From Nitrosopumilus sp. (GTDB lineage: Archaea > Thermoproteota > Nitrososphaeria > Nitrososphaerales > Nitrosopumilaceae), in contig OZ250186.1 of assembly GCA_965238275.1 (NCBI GenBank), positions 544,001 through 608,000 of the forward strand: DNA of 64,000 nucleotides, read 5' to 3'. The position numbers and the translations under genes were made by a program. This document shows positions 28,100 through 37,203 of the stretch, in pieces (the first letter of the stretch is position 1; every line of letters starts with the position of its first letter). The notes beneath the pieces were generated by a model that was not told the DNA's origin, did no database searches, and saw only the letters and a program-made list of their open reading frames with translations.

Positions 28100-28993
28100 A
28101 TGCTGACTGTGTTTGGTTCTGTTGCACTGGATACAATCAGGTGCCCCAGATGGGTCAAAACCGAGATGCTGGGTGGCTCTGCCACGTATGCGGCAATATC
28201 TGCAAGCAACTTTGTAGACACGGGGCTGATTACGGCAGTCGGAAGCGACTTTCCGGAAGGGTACCATGACATACTCTCAAGGCATCTGAATCTGCAGGGA
28301 CTGACAGTCAGGGAGGGCAGGACCTTCAGGTATGACGGGGAGTATGACGGCACGTTCAGCACCAGGACGGCCCTGAAGACGGAGTTGAACGTGGTGGAAG
28401 GATTCGTGCCGGCGGTTCCAGAGGAGTACAGGGATTCCAAGTTTGTCTATCTGGCAAACAACGACCCGGAGCAGAACACGTCATTGCTTGGAGAGTTTGA
28501 CGGGGTGGAATTTTCAATGTGCGATACCATAGATTTCTGGATCTCCACCAAGCGGGAGTCGGTAATCAGGATGATAAAGGCAGTCGACGCAGTTGTGATT
28601 AATGACGAGGAGGCCAGACTCCTTACAAAGGAGCACAACCTGGTAAGGTGCGCAAGAATCATGATGGAGTGGGGGGCAGACTATGTCATTATCAAGAAGG
28701 GGGAGCACGGCGCCCTGACGTTTTATCAGGATGAGGTATTTCCCACGCCGGGATTTCCGCTGGAAGACGTTGCAGACCCCACCGGAGCCGGGGACGCCTT
28801 TGCCGGAGCCGTAATGGGATATCTTTCAGACGGGGGAACAGTCGGCATATCGGAGATCAGAAAGGCAGTCACGTACGGGAATGTTCTGGGATCCTTTGCA
28901 GTCCAGGGGTACGGCCTGGACGGACTGTTGGGGATAAGCGACGGGGACATATCTGCAAGGGCAGAGACGTACAGGAATATGCTTGGAATATGA
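28100..28993 (+). CDS. PfkB-family carbohydrate/nucleoside kinase
   Basis: GGSATY, INDEEA, KKGEHG, DPTGAGDAFAG. Confidence 0.93.
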   Translation: MLTVFGSVALDTIRCPRWVKTEMLGGSATYAAISASNFVDTGLITAVGSDFPEGYHDILSRHLNLQGLTVREGRTFRYDGEYDGTFSTRTALKTELNVVEGFVPAVPEEYRDSKFVYLANNDPEQNTSLLGEFDGVEFSMCDTIDFWISTKRESVIRMIKAVDAVVINDEEARLLTKEHNLVRCARIMMEWGADYVIIKKGEHGALTFYQDEVFPTPGFPLEDVADPTGAGDAFAGAVMGYLSDGGTVGISEIRKAVTYGNVLGSFAVQGYGLDGLLGISDGDISARAETYRNMLGI

Positions 28994-29122
28994 GGCAGCC
29001 AGATCCTCTGATTTTGGTGTGTACCGGCGTTTCATCCCATGCGGCTTGATTCCTGAATATGGGAGTTTTTGAAAGACTTAAGTCGTGTGATCCGCTGGGT
29101 AAAATTGCTGTTGGCGCAAGAC

Positions 29123-29464
29123 ATGGTTGAATCAGAAGACGGGCTGGATAGGGTATTCGGGCTGCAGAAGGGTTTGGCAGACATGATGAATCTGGACAGG
29201 TACCCGTCAGATACGGAGGGACGGGTATCGGCCCTGTGTACTGCCATTATTCATGAGGCAGTCGAGCTGCAGAGAACCACCAACTGGAAGTGGTGGAAGA
29301 CGCCTACGAGGTTCAATAAACAGGAGGCAAGGGAGGAGCTGATTGACATATGGCATTTTGTAATCCAGGCCTCAATCGAGCTTGATCTGACTCCCGAGGA
29401 CATAATACGGGAGTACAAGAGAAAGAATGACATCAACAGGCAGAGGCAGAAGGACGGATACTAG
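29123..29464 (+). CDS. Dimeric all-alpha dUTPase-like protein
   Basis: HEAVEL, WKWWK, EELIDIWHF, KNDINRQRQKDGY. Confidence 0.85.
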   Translation: MVESEDGLDRVFGLQKGLADMMNLDRYPSDTEGRVSALCTAIIHEAVELQRTTNWKWWKTPTRFNKQEAREELIDIWHFVIQASIELDLTPEDIIREYKRKNDINRQRQKDGY

Positions 29465-29937
29465 AGTCCTTTAATCTCCTCACGGATCTGTTCCAGATCT
29501 GTCTGGCCGGTCATGTCCACAATGGTCACATCCTTTTGAAAATGCTCTATCATGTGTTTGGGGACGGTAATGTATGGGTCGGGGCTTGTCGAGCCGACTA
29601 TCCTGCCGTTCCTGTCGGTGCCGTTGCTGTGCAGTCCAGACAGCGAGTGTCCGGCCCTGTGTCCCCAGACGTCCCTGCCGCATACCAGAAGGACGGTTAT
29701 GCGGGGGTTGCCGTCCAGGTACCTGAGGATGGAATCTAGACCCTTGTTCTCGGAGAGAAGTCTTCCGGCCATCGAGATGCTATTCATCATATCAGAACGG
29801 GCCAGGGCCTTGAGCAGGTTCATGCTTGACAGGGTGCAGACTGCCAGCCCAGAGTCCGGATTTCCCTGGAATGATTCTTCGGGGATGGGCAGGACGATCT
29901 TGCAGATCCTGCCAATTGCCTCACCCAGTGCGTTCAT
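29461..29937 (-). CDS. MtrA-like (corrinoid methyltransferase subunit A-like) protein
   Basis: GNPDS..AVCTLSS, SENKG, NPRI, GHRAGHSL, IVGS.SP.PYI motifs. Confidence 0.8.
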   Translation of the reverse strand: MNALGEAIGRICKIVLPIPEESFQGNPDSGLAVCTLSSMNLLKALARSDMMNSISMAGRLLSENKGLDSILRYLDGNPRITVLLVCGRDVWGHRAGHSLSGLHSNGTDRNGRIVGSTSPDPYITVPKHMIEHFQKDVTIVDMTGQTDLEQIREEIKGL

Positions 29938-31528
29938 AGTGCCTCACGCAGGGTCTCTGCAATAAATCTGATGTCCCTTGTGGTGACCTGCGGATGAACC
30001 GGCAGGGAAAGCACGCGTGATGCGGCCCTCTCCGTGTTGGGAAGACGGACATCAGACCTGTACAGTGGGGTTCTGTGGACAGGTGTGGGATAGTATGATG
30101 CAGCGCCGATCCCTGCGTCGTTGAGTCTCCTCAGAAGCTGGTTGCGCCCACGGACGGCGATGGTATACAGGTACCAGTTGACGTCCTGATCCTTTTGCTG
30201 GCAGGGAGGGGTGACTTTGAGATCAGATATCATGCCAGAGAGGAGTTTGGCATTGCGCCTTCTTGACTTTAGGAATCCGGGCAGCCTTTTCATCTGGACT
30301 GTCGCAATCGCAGCACTGATCTCAGGCAGGCGCATGTTCAGGCCGGGGATTCTGGTGTCGTATCCGCGGACCATTCCGTGGTTTCTAATCATAAGCAGCC
30401 GGTCCCGGAGCCTCCTGCTGCCAGTTACGACAAAACCTCCCTCTCCGGAAGTCATCACCTTTGCAGGATACATGCTGTAGCATCCCATCTCAAAGAAGGT
30501 GCCTGCATGCCTCCCCTTGTAGGTGGAGCCCAGGGCCTGTGCCGAGTCCTCTATGACGGGGATGCAGTACCTGGCAGATATCTCCGAGAGTCCCTCCACA
30601 TCTGCCACATGCCCGTAGAGGTGGACGGGGATGATGGCGCGGGTCTTTTTGGTGATCTTTGCCCGGAGATCCTCCACATCCACAGTATACTCCCCATTTG
30701 CAATATCCACAAAGACCGGCGTCGCGCCGGTGGAGGCTCCGCGAACCCAGTGAGCAAATCAGAGATATCGCTCCTACGCAGGGACGTAGTGACGGAGTTC
30801 GAGAAGTTTAAGAAAACGATGTACAAGACAAATGCCGAACTCACCAAGAAGGTGACGCTGCTCGAGGAAAACGACCGCCTGACCCTGGAGAACAGGATAC
30901 CGCAGGAGGGCAAATACGAGAACCCCAAACCAGTACTTCGTCTCCTGGCCCCACATCAGAAGGCGAAGGCGCCGGAGACAAGACCCGCAAGGGACCGCCG
31001 GCAGGACACGCCGGCCAGTGCATGCCGTCCATTGTGGAGTGCCGCCTGCAGGGCCGCAGTGCCGGAGTTGACTGCGACTGCATATCTTGATCCCGTGAAG
31101 GATGCAGCTGCCTTCTCAAAATCCTGAACGTGTGTACCTCCCTCCCTTGCAGACGATGTAAGGGCGCCGCTCCTGAGCACGGAGACGGCAGCGGAGATCT
31201 CCTTTTTGCCTATCATGGGGGTGTTGATCAAGCCACCCGAACAATATCAGAAGGTTTCTGTACCCGCAGTGGCAGCGTGCAGTACTTCGTCTCCTGGCCC
31301 CACATCCAGTGCATGGAGTGCCGCCTGCAGGGCCGCAGTGCCGGAGTTGACTGCGACTGCATATCTTGATCCCGTGAAGGATGCAGCTGCCTTCTCAAAA
31401 TCCTGAACGTGTGTACCTCCCTCCCTTGCAGACGATGTAAGGGCGCCGCTCCTGAGCACGGAGACGGCAGCGGAGATCTCCTTTTTGCCTATCATGGGGG
31501 TGTTGATTGCAATTCTCAACGGTGTCAT
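29934..31528 (-). pseudogene. DegT/DnrJ/EryC1/StrS aminotransferase, disrupted
   Basis: Intact 3' part (PVHLYG, IEDSAQA, SMYPAK, GEGG); 5' part duplicated and interrupted; segment between DEVL and STGATP missing. Confidence 0.85.
30735..31279 (+). mobile_element. IS66-like transposase N-terminal fragments interleaved with DegT pieces
   Basis: Coiled coil ending KYENP, then KGPPAGHAG, then ATRTI..FCTR, in order on the + strand. Confidence 0.5.
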
Positions 31529-31715
31529 TTGTACGAGACAGTCTATTAAATCTGGAGTTGAACCCTTCGTATTACCTTGGACCGATTCAAGACGTTGGTG
31601 GGTGGGGACATCCTGCCATATTGCAGATGGTTTGCTGGCCGTGAACCGCTTTCAGGATGGCGTGCGTGAGTCCCCGCGGTATGAATTTTTATATTTCAAG
31701 GATGCCAGACGGCAT

Positions 31716-32285
31716 ATGAGGATACGTCATCTTGATGAGACAGATGCCGGGTACAGGGTGTACCTGTATGTGTTTTATGTCTGCGGGTTTGTCATGGCAT
31801 CCTCATTGGTCTTTGGGGTATACGTGACCATGATTGAGTGGATGGAGAACGGAACGTATGTCATGGGAGAGGCTATCCACAACACGACGATTCCGTTTGA
31901 AAATTTTGCAAGGGTTTCAACATGGATATTCTTTTCAACGGTGATTGGCTGGTACTGCGTGACCAGGATTGGCTGGAAGCGGACTGCTGGAAGCAAGATA
32001 ACCGGGACAAGGATGGCACTGCTCCAGATGATGCTGCTTGGGTTTGCAATAATTACATTCTATGAGGTGTTGTACAATTTTACGGTGCTAAACGCGCAGA
32101 TTACAGCGGGGATAGTCAACGGAGTGGTTCCGGACATTGACAGGCTGGCAGTGGCATATCCGGATCCTGACAGGCCGTGGAATCTGATCTTTGCGACAAA
32201 GATCTTTCTTGCGTGTTTTATCATCAGCGCCCATGCATTCTACCTCAGCGTAAAGCCCAGAAAGAGCATAGACCCGGAGAACTAG
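31716..32285 (+). CDS. Hypothetical membrane protein
   Basis: Four TM segments; TTTATA box upstream of ATG 31716. Confidence 0.75.
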   Translation: MRIRHLDETDAGYRVYLYVFYVCGFVMASSLVFGVYVTMIEWMENGTYVMGEAIHNTTIPFENFARVSTWIFFSTVIGWYCVTRIGWKRTAGSKITGTRMALLQMMLLGFAIITFYEVLYNFTVLNAQITAGIVNGVVPDIDRLAVAYPDPDRPWNLIFATKIFLACFIISAHAFYLSVKPRKSIDPEN

Positions 32286-32374
32286 GGCCGGACGGCGCGT
32301 ATCTTGCAGAACCCAACAGGTACAACGCATCCAGGTGCCGGAGACGTTTTGGACGGGCAGCCGGCGAATTTTAA

Positions 32375-33740
32375 CACGTGAGCGGGAAATCCCACACCAT
32401 TCATGGGTTGGATGAAAGCGAACAATGCAACTGCCATGCGGGCTATATTCAACGCATGCGTATAACAAACATGTGTGGTTTTGTCTCGACCCACAACCAT
32501 GCCACCAAGAATAATGTGGAGGTGGGGCAGAAATGAAGAGCTTCAAGTTTCGCCTGTATCCGACAAAAACACAACAGGCACGTATGGACGAGTCCTTGGA
32601 GGCGTGCCGCAGGCTGTACAATGACTTTGTATATGAATCACGTTTGGCATACAAGGAAGGGTACAAGATGAAATTTGACGAGATGCAAAGGATGATTCCT
32701 GCCATGGTTCCTAAAAATACGCCATTGTACAGCAAGGCGGCTCAGATGGTTCTGTGGCAGTTCTATAACAACATCAAGGTCCTGTCTTCGGCATCAAAGA
32801 AGGGCAAAAAAATTGGCAGGTTACGATTCAAGCCAGGATCAAGGCACAGGAGCATAAACTACAACCAGTCCGGGTTCTGTTTTCTGCCAGACGACACCCT
32901 GAAACTCTCAAAAATCGGCAAGATCAAGTGCGTGATCCACCGCAAAACAGCCGGAAAGACAAAGGGTGTCGTAGTGAAAAAGGATCTTACAGGCAAATGG
33001 TCTGCGACTGCAGTCTGTGAGGACGTGCTGCTGACTGACAGGTGCTCACTGGAAAGAAAGAAAATAGTCGGCATTGACGTTGGCCTGACCAACTTTGCAT
33101 GTGATTCTGACGGCCACAAGATTGACAATCCACAGTTCCTGAAAAAGTCAGAAAAGAAACTCAAAAGGGCGCAACGACGCCTGTCAGGAAAGACCAAGGG
33201 CTCTTCCAACAGGCACAAGCAGAAAAACAGGCTTGCTGCCATCCACAAGAAGATAGCAAACCAGCGGCGTGACCTTGAGCACAAGGCATCAAGGGCGTAC
33301 GTTGACAAATACGACACCATATTCGTCGAGGATCTCAGCATACGAAACATGCTGAAAAACCACAAACTTGCAAAATCAATCTCAAACGCATCATGGTACT
33401 CGTTTTTTCAAAAACTGGAATACAAAGCTGCAAACGCTGGTGTTCTGTTTCGCAAGGTACCACCGCACCAGACAAGCCAGGGATATTCAGGCTGCGGCAA
33501 GACAATCAAAAAAACCCTGGCACAAAGAACGCACGTTTGCGACTCCTGCGGTCTAGTCTTGGACCGGGACCACAATGCTGCCATAAACATCAGGCAGAAA
33601 GGGATTGCAACACTGCTACTACCTATGGTACATAGGGAAGTTACGCCTCCGGAGAGGCTGCCTCTAATCATGGCAAATGGTCATGGTCAAGCAGGCTCGT
33701 TGAACGAGGAAGCCAACGGCTTTAGTCGTTGGTAGTTCAC
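32375..33740 (+). mobile_element. tnpB-only IS200/IS605 (IS1341-group) element
   Basis: TTTAA followed by a left-end hairpin preceded by AAAT; right end GAAG-CCAACGGC-TTTA-GTCGTTGG-TAGTTCAC; no tnpA. Confidence 0.88.
32533..33735 (+). CDS. tnpB: RNA-guided endonuclease TnpB
   Basis: FKFRLYP, GIDVG, VEDL, DRDHNAA RuvC residues; Zn-ribbon region. Confidence 0.96.
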   Translation: MKSFKFRLYPTKTQQARMDESLEACRRLYNDFVYESRLAYKEGYKMKFDEMQRMIPAMVPKNTPLYSKAAQMVLWQFYNNIKVLSSASKKGKKIGRLRFKPGSRHRSINYNQSGFCFLPDDTLKLSKIGKIKCVIHRKTAGKTKGVVVKKDLTGKWSATAVCEDVLLTDRCSLERKKIVGIDVGLTNFACDSDGHKIDNPQFLKKSEKKLKRAQRRLSGKTKGSSNRHKQKNRLAAIHKKIANQRRDLEHKASRAYVDKYDTIFVEDLSIRNMLKNHKLAKSISNASWYSFFQKLEYKAANAGVLFRKVPPHQTSQGYSGCGKTIKKTLAQRTHVCDSCGLVLDRDHNAAINIRQKGIATLLLPMVHREVTPPERLPLIMANGHGQAGSLNEEANGFSRW

Positions 33741-33760
33741 ATAACTTTATACATTTGAAT
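33600..33760 (+). ncRNA. Predicted TnpB omegaRNA (reRNA) overlapping the tnpB 3' end; guide about 33741-33760
   Basis: Inferred from established TnpB biology and the right-end position; the 5' boundary is a guess. Confidence 0.6.
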
Positions 33761-33777
33761 TCAAGAATTGACTTGGC

Positions 33778-34812
33778 TTGGATGTTAAAGAGAAGGTAGC
33801 CCTGATTGAGAGGAATGGTACGGAGGTGGTAACCCGCGATGAGCTGGTCAGCCTCTTTGAGACAAACCAGTCCCCAAGGCACTACATAGGACTGGAGATA
33901 TCAGGTTTCCTCCACCTTGGCAGCCTGATCAGCACCGGGTTCAAGATTAATGATTTTATGAAGGCCGGTGTGCGGTGTACAGTCTTCCTTGCAGACTGGC
34001 ACACCATGATTAATGACAAGCTGGGCGGGGACTGGGATACCATCTCAAGGGTTTCAGGATACTATCAGGATGCCTTTAAGGTGATCTGTCCCGGTGTGGA
34101 GATCGTCTTGGGATCCAAGCTGTACGAGGAGAGGCCCGAATACTGGTCTGATCTTCTCAGGCTTACAAAGCACATGTCGCTTGCCAGGACAAAGAAGACG
34201 CTGACCATAATGGGCCGCTCTGAAAGCGAGAAGATAGAACTTGCAAAACTGCTCTACCCTCCGATGCAGGCAGTCGACATTCACACGCTGGATGTGGATA
34301 TTGCCCATGCCGGAATGGATCAGAGAAAGATCCACATGCTGGTAAGGGACGTCTTTCCCAAGATGGGGTGGAAGGTGCCGGTGGCAGTCCACCACGGCCT
34401 GCTTCCCGGGCTTGGAAGGCCTGCAGAGGCAGGCTCCCAGGCAACAAAGATGAGCAAGTCGGATCTGAACTCGGGCATCTTCATACAGGATACCGATGAC
34501 GAGGTGAAAAGAAAGATCAACAAGGCATGGTGCGAGGAGGGGAGCATACAGGACAATCCGCTGCTGGAGATTGCAAGGACCATAATCTTCCACAAATTTG
34601 CAGAGATGAGCGTGGAGAGGCCCGCAAAGTACGGCGGCAACGTCTCGTATGCAGGGTACGGCCAGCTCGAATCGGATTTTGAGTCTGGAAGGCTCCATCC
34701 GGGGGACCTGAAGCGGACAGTCGGCGAGTATCTTGTAAGGGTAACGGCCCCGATCAGGGAGAAACTAACCATGGATCCCGAGCTGTACGAGATGATAAGG
34801 GGAACCTATTAG
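33778..34812 (+). CDS. tyrS: Tyrosine--tRNA ligase
   Basis: YIGLEISGFLHLG, YPPMQAVD, GMDQRK, KMSKS. Confidence 0.95.
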   Translation: MDVKEKVALIERNGTEVVTRDELVSLFETNQSPRHYIGLEISGFLHLGSLISTGFKINDFMKAGVRCTVFLADWHTMINDKLGGDWDTISRVSGYYQDAFKVICPGVEIVLGSKLYEERPEYWSDLLRLTKHMSLARTKKTLTIMGRSESEKIELAKLLYPPMQAVDIHTLDVDIAHAGMDQRKIHMLVRDVFPKMGWKVPVAVHHGLLPGLGRPAEAGSQATKMSKSDLNSGIFIQDTDDEVKRKINKAWCEEGSIQDNPLLEIARTIIFHKFAEMSVERPAKYGGNVSYAGYGQLESDFESGRLHPGDLKRTVGEYLVRVTAPIREKLTMDPELYEMIRGTY

Positions 34813-35609
34813 ACTTTGAGGCTTTCGTTGGTCTGCTCCTCTAGGTTGTACTTTGACTTGTACCCCCTTGGATTGATCATCAGATCCTTGTAGGTGTATG
34901 TCGCAGAGTTCCCGACTATGACGGTACTGATCATGCCTAGCTTGTCTGAGTGGTTTGGCAGATTCTCAAGGTCGGTCAGAACCACGGTCTCAGAGGATCT
35001 AAAGGCACCCTTTATGATTGCAACGGGGGTGGCAGGTCTCCTGTACTTTAGGAGAATCCTTCGGGTGTCCTGAAGCTGGTGGATCCTCTTCTTGCTGGCA
35101 GGATTGTATATCACGATTACAAAGTCGCCCTGCGCTGCGGCCTCGACCCTCTTTTCGATGATCTCCCACGGAACCAGCAGATCGCTCATGCTGACTACTG
35201 CAAAATCAGTCATCAGGGGGGAGCCGACAATGGAGGCGCATGAGTTGAGCGCAGACACGCCCGGAACGATCTCAATCTGCAGGCCGTCTTTTGGGTTCCA
35301 GCCGGTCTCGGCAAGCGTCTCATATATGAGTCCGGCCATCCCGTAGATGCCCGGATCCCCGCTTGACACCAGCGAGACTGTCCTGCCGGACTTTGCAAGA
35401 TCGATGCACTGGTGGGCCCTCTCAACCTCCTGCGTCATTGCGTAGCGGTATACGGTCTTTCCCCCTATGAGATCCTGGACCAGGTTTACATAGGTCTCGT
35501 ATCCGACGATCGTGTCGCTCTGTTCGATTACCTGTTTTGCCCTAAACGTCATGTGGTCATGGTGCCCGGGTCCGACGCCGACTATGTACAGCTTGCCAGT
35601 CAATTTCAA
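34809..35609 (-). CDS. cobJ: Precorrin-3B C17-methyltransferase
   Basis: VGVGPG, VSSGDPGIYGMA, SMSDLLVPW, YNPAS, NPRGY. Confidence 0.93.
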   Translation of the reverse strand: MKLTGKLYIVGVGPGHHDHMTFRAKQVIEQSDTIVGYETYVNLVQDLIGGKTVYRYAMTQEVERAHQCIDLAKSGRTVSLVSSGDPGIYGMAGLIYETLAETGWNPKDGLQIEIVPGVSALNSCASIVGSPLMTDFAVVSMSDLLVPWEIIEKRVEAAAQGDFVIVIYNPASKKRIHQLQDTRRILLKYRRPATPVAIIKGAFRSSETVVLTDLENLPNHSDKLGMISTVIVGNSATYTYKDLMINPRGYKSKYNLEEQTNESLKV

Positions 35610-35691
35610 GACAGCTCTCCGTCCAAGTAATTTATCCCTTTAGAGGAGATCCCAGTCAGGAGATGCCGGCACGGCCTCACGCCTGTACACG

Positions 35692-37155
35692 CTACTGGAA
35701 TGGATCTATGAAGGGGCAGTTGACTATGTAAATGCTGTTTGTGGGACGTGCAATGCTTACTGTGACCATGTCTGCATCGCGGAATGCATCTATGTCGGCC
35801 GTAGTCTCCATTATTTTTGCGGATTCCTCGTCATGCCACTCGACCAGATAAATCCTCCACATCGGGCTGTAGTTCTCGTAGCCCAGGGCTGCAGCGGATA
35901 TGCCTGCCTGGAATCCCAGCGAACCCGGACCCCTCACCCCGTTGTTGAACTGGAAGAGGTCCACTGCGCCGGAACTGGTTATGAGGCCTGCAGAGATGGG
36001 CGAGTAGACTACTCCCATTGTTCCGGCAGGTGCCGGCGGCGTTGCACCAGTAACGATATAGTATACGGTTCTTCCGTCAGGTCCCCAGCCCCTGTGGGCC
36101 ACAAACGTCACAGTCATGGATTCCGTGTCGATCTCAGTTATCTGGCCTCCCCCGTACGGCGTGTCGTCGGTAATCTCCGGATCCTCCCGCACCGTCATCT
36201 GACCGTCAGGCCAGACAATCTGAGGTGCGTTGATAACCACGCCGGTGTCGTCAAGCGTGATTCTTCCGCCCTCATGTGCATCCAGGATGTCCTCGACTGA
36301 CTCCAGCACAGACTCCCTCTGCCCGTTCTTCCATGCAACCTCTATGACGGAGTTCAGGGCGCCGTACTCGGACTCTTGCGACGGGGTGTTGGAGAATACC
36401 TCGCCTTGGAATCCGTATATTCCGTCACCATCCACACCGTTTGTAAAGACATACAGATCCTGCAGAATGCCTGCAGAAATATTCTGGAGCGGGGGCGCAA
36501 GCTCGACTCTCCACCCCTGCATCTCTGAGAGGGTGTCGGCATATTCCTCATCGCTTCCGTCGGTAATAATGTAAAGGATCTCTCCCCCGTCATACATTCC
36601 CGTGTGGAGGGGGATGGTGGCAGGAACGTTTGCCCTTGAGAGTCGTGTGGGGGGATCCTCTGTTTCCACCAGGATCTCCTGCGTCATCACAGGCGTCGGC
36701 TCGCCCCGGGTCCATCCGTCAACTGACAGGGTCGCAACAAACTTGTCTGATGCAGGAGAGTACAGTCCGAGGGCGGCTCCGGTAAACTCGACGGTGCCGG
36801 TCATGTCAGAAGGTTCAAGCAGCGTAAGGGCATAGTATGTGATATCATCGACGGTCCAGACTGCCTGACCGCCGGAATCATCCTCCTGTATCTCATGCAG
36901 GATCATCACCTGGACAGGCATGCTGGAGGTAAATGTCATGGAGCCGTCATAGATGGTTCCCTCGTTGGGCGGGAGGACAAGGGACAGCTGGTGGTCTTCC
37001 TGGCCCAGGCCGGGAGAGGGCAGGGATGTGACAGTCTGGGTAAAGTGGATCTTTTTGATGGAGCCGGCAGCGGCAAACTGATCCGATGCCGAGGATACGG
37101 CAACGATGCCTGCTGCAAGGACTCCGATTATCACGATTATTATCAGCAGCTTCAA
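35692..37155 (-). CDS. Exported hypothetical protein with two related repeats
   Basis: Signal peptide; repeats YI.T...LY.F.NGV.G.G..GFQ...Y. Confidence 0.8.
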   Translation of the reverse strand: MKLLIIIVIIGVLAAGIVAVSSASDQFAAAGSIKKIHFTQTVTSLPSPGLGQEDHQLSLVLPPNEGTIYDGSMTFTSSMPVQVMILHEIQEDDSGGQAVWTVDDITYYALTLLEPSDMTGTVEFTGAALGLYSPASDKFVATLSVDGWTRGEPTPVMTQEILVETEDPPTRLSRANVPATIPLHTGMYDGGEILYIITDGSDEEYADTLSEMQGWRVELAPPLQNISAGILQDLYVFTNGVDGDGIYGFQGEVFSNTPSQESEYGALNSVIEVAWKNGQRESVLESVEDILDAHEGGRITLDDTGVVINAPQIVWPDGQMTVREDPEITDDTPYGGGQITEIDTESMTVTFVAHRGWGPDGRTVYYIVTGATPPAPAGTMGVVYSPISAGLITSSGAVDLFQFNNGVRGPGSLGFQAGISAAALGYENYSPMWRIYLVEWHDEESAKIMETTADIDAFRDADMVTVSIARPTNSIYIVNCPFIDPFQ

Positions 37156-37203
37156 TAGGTATCCACGCCGCCGCGCACATAATTAATTTTCTGTTGAGGC
37201 ATG

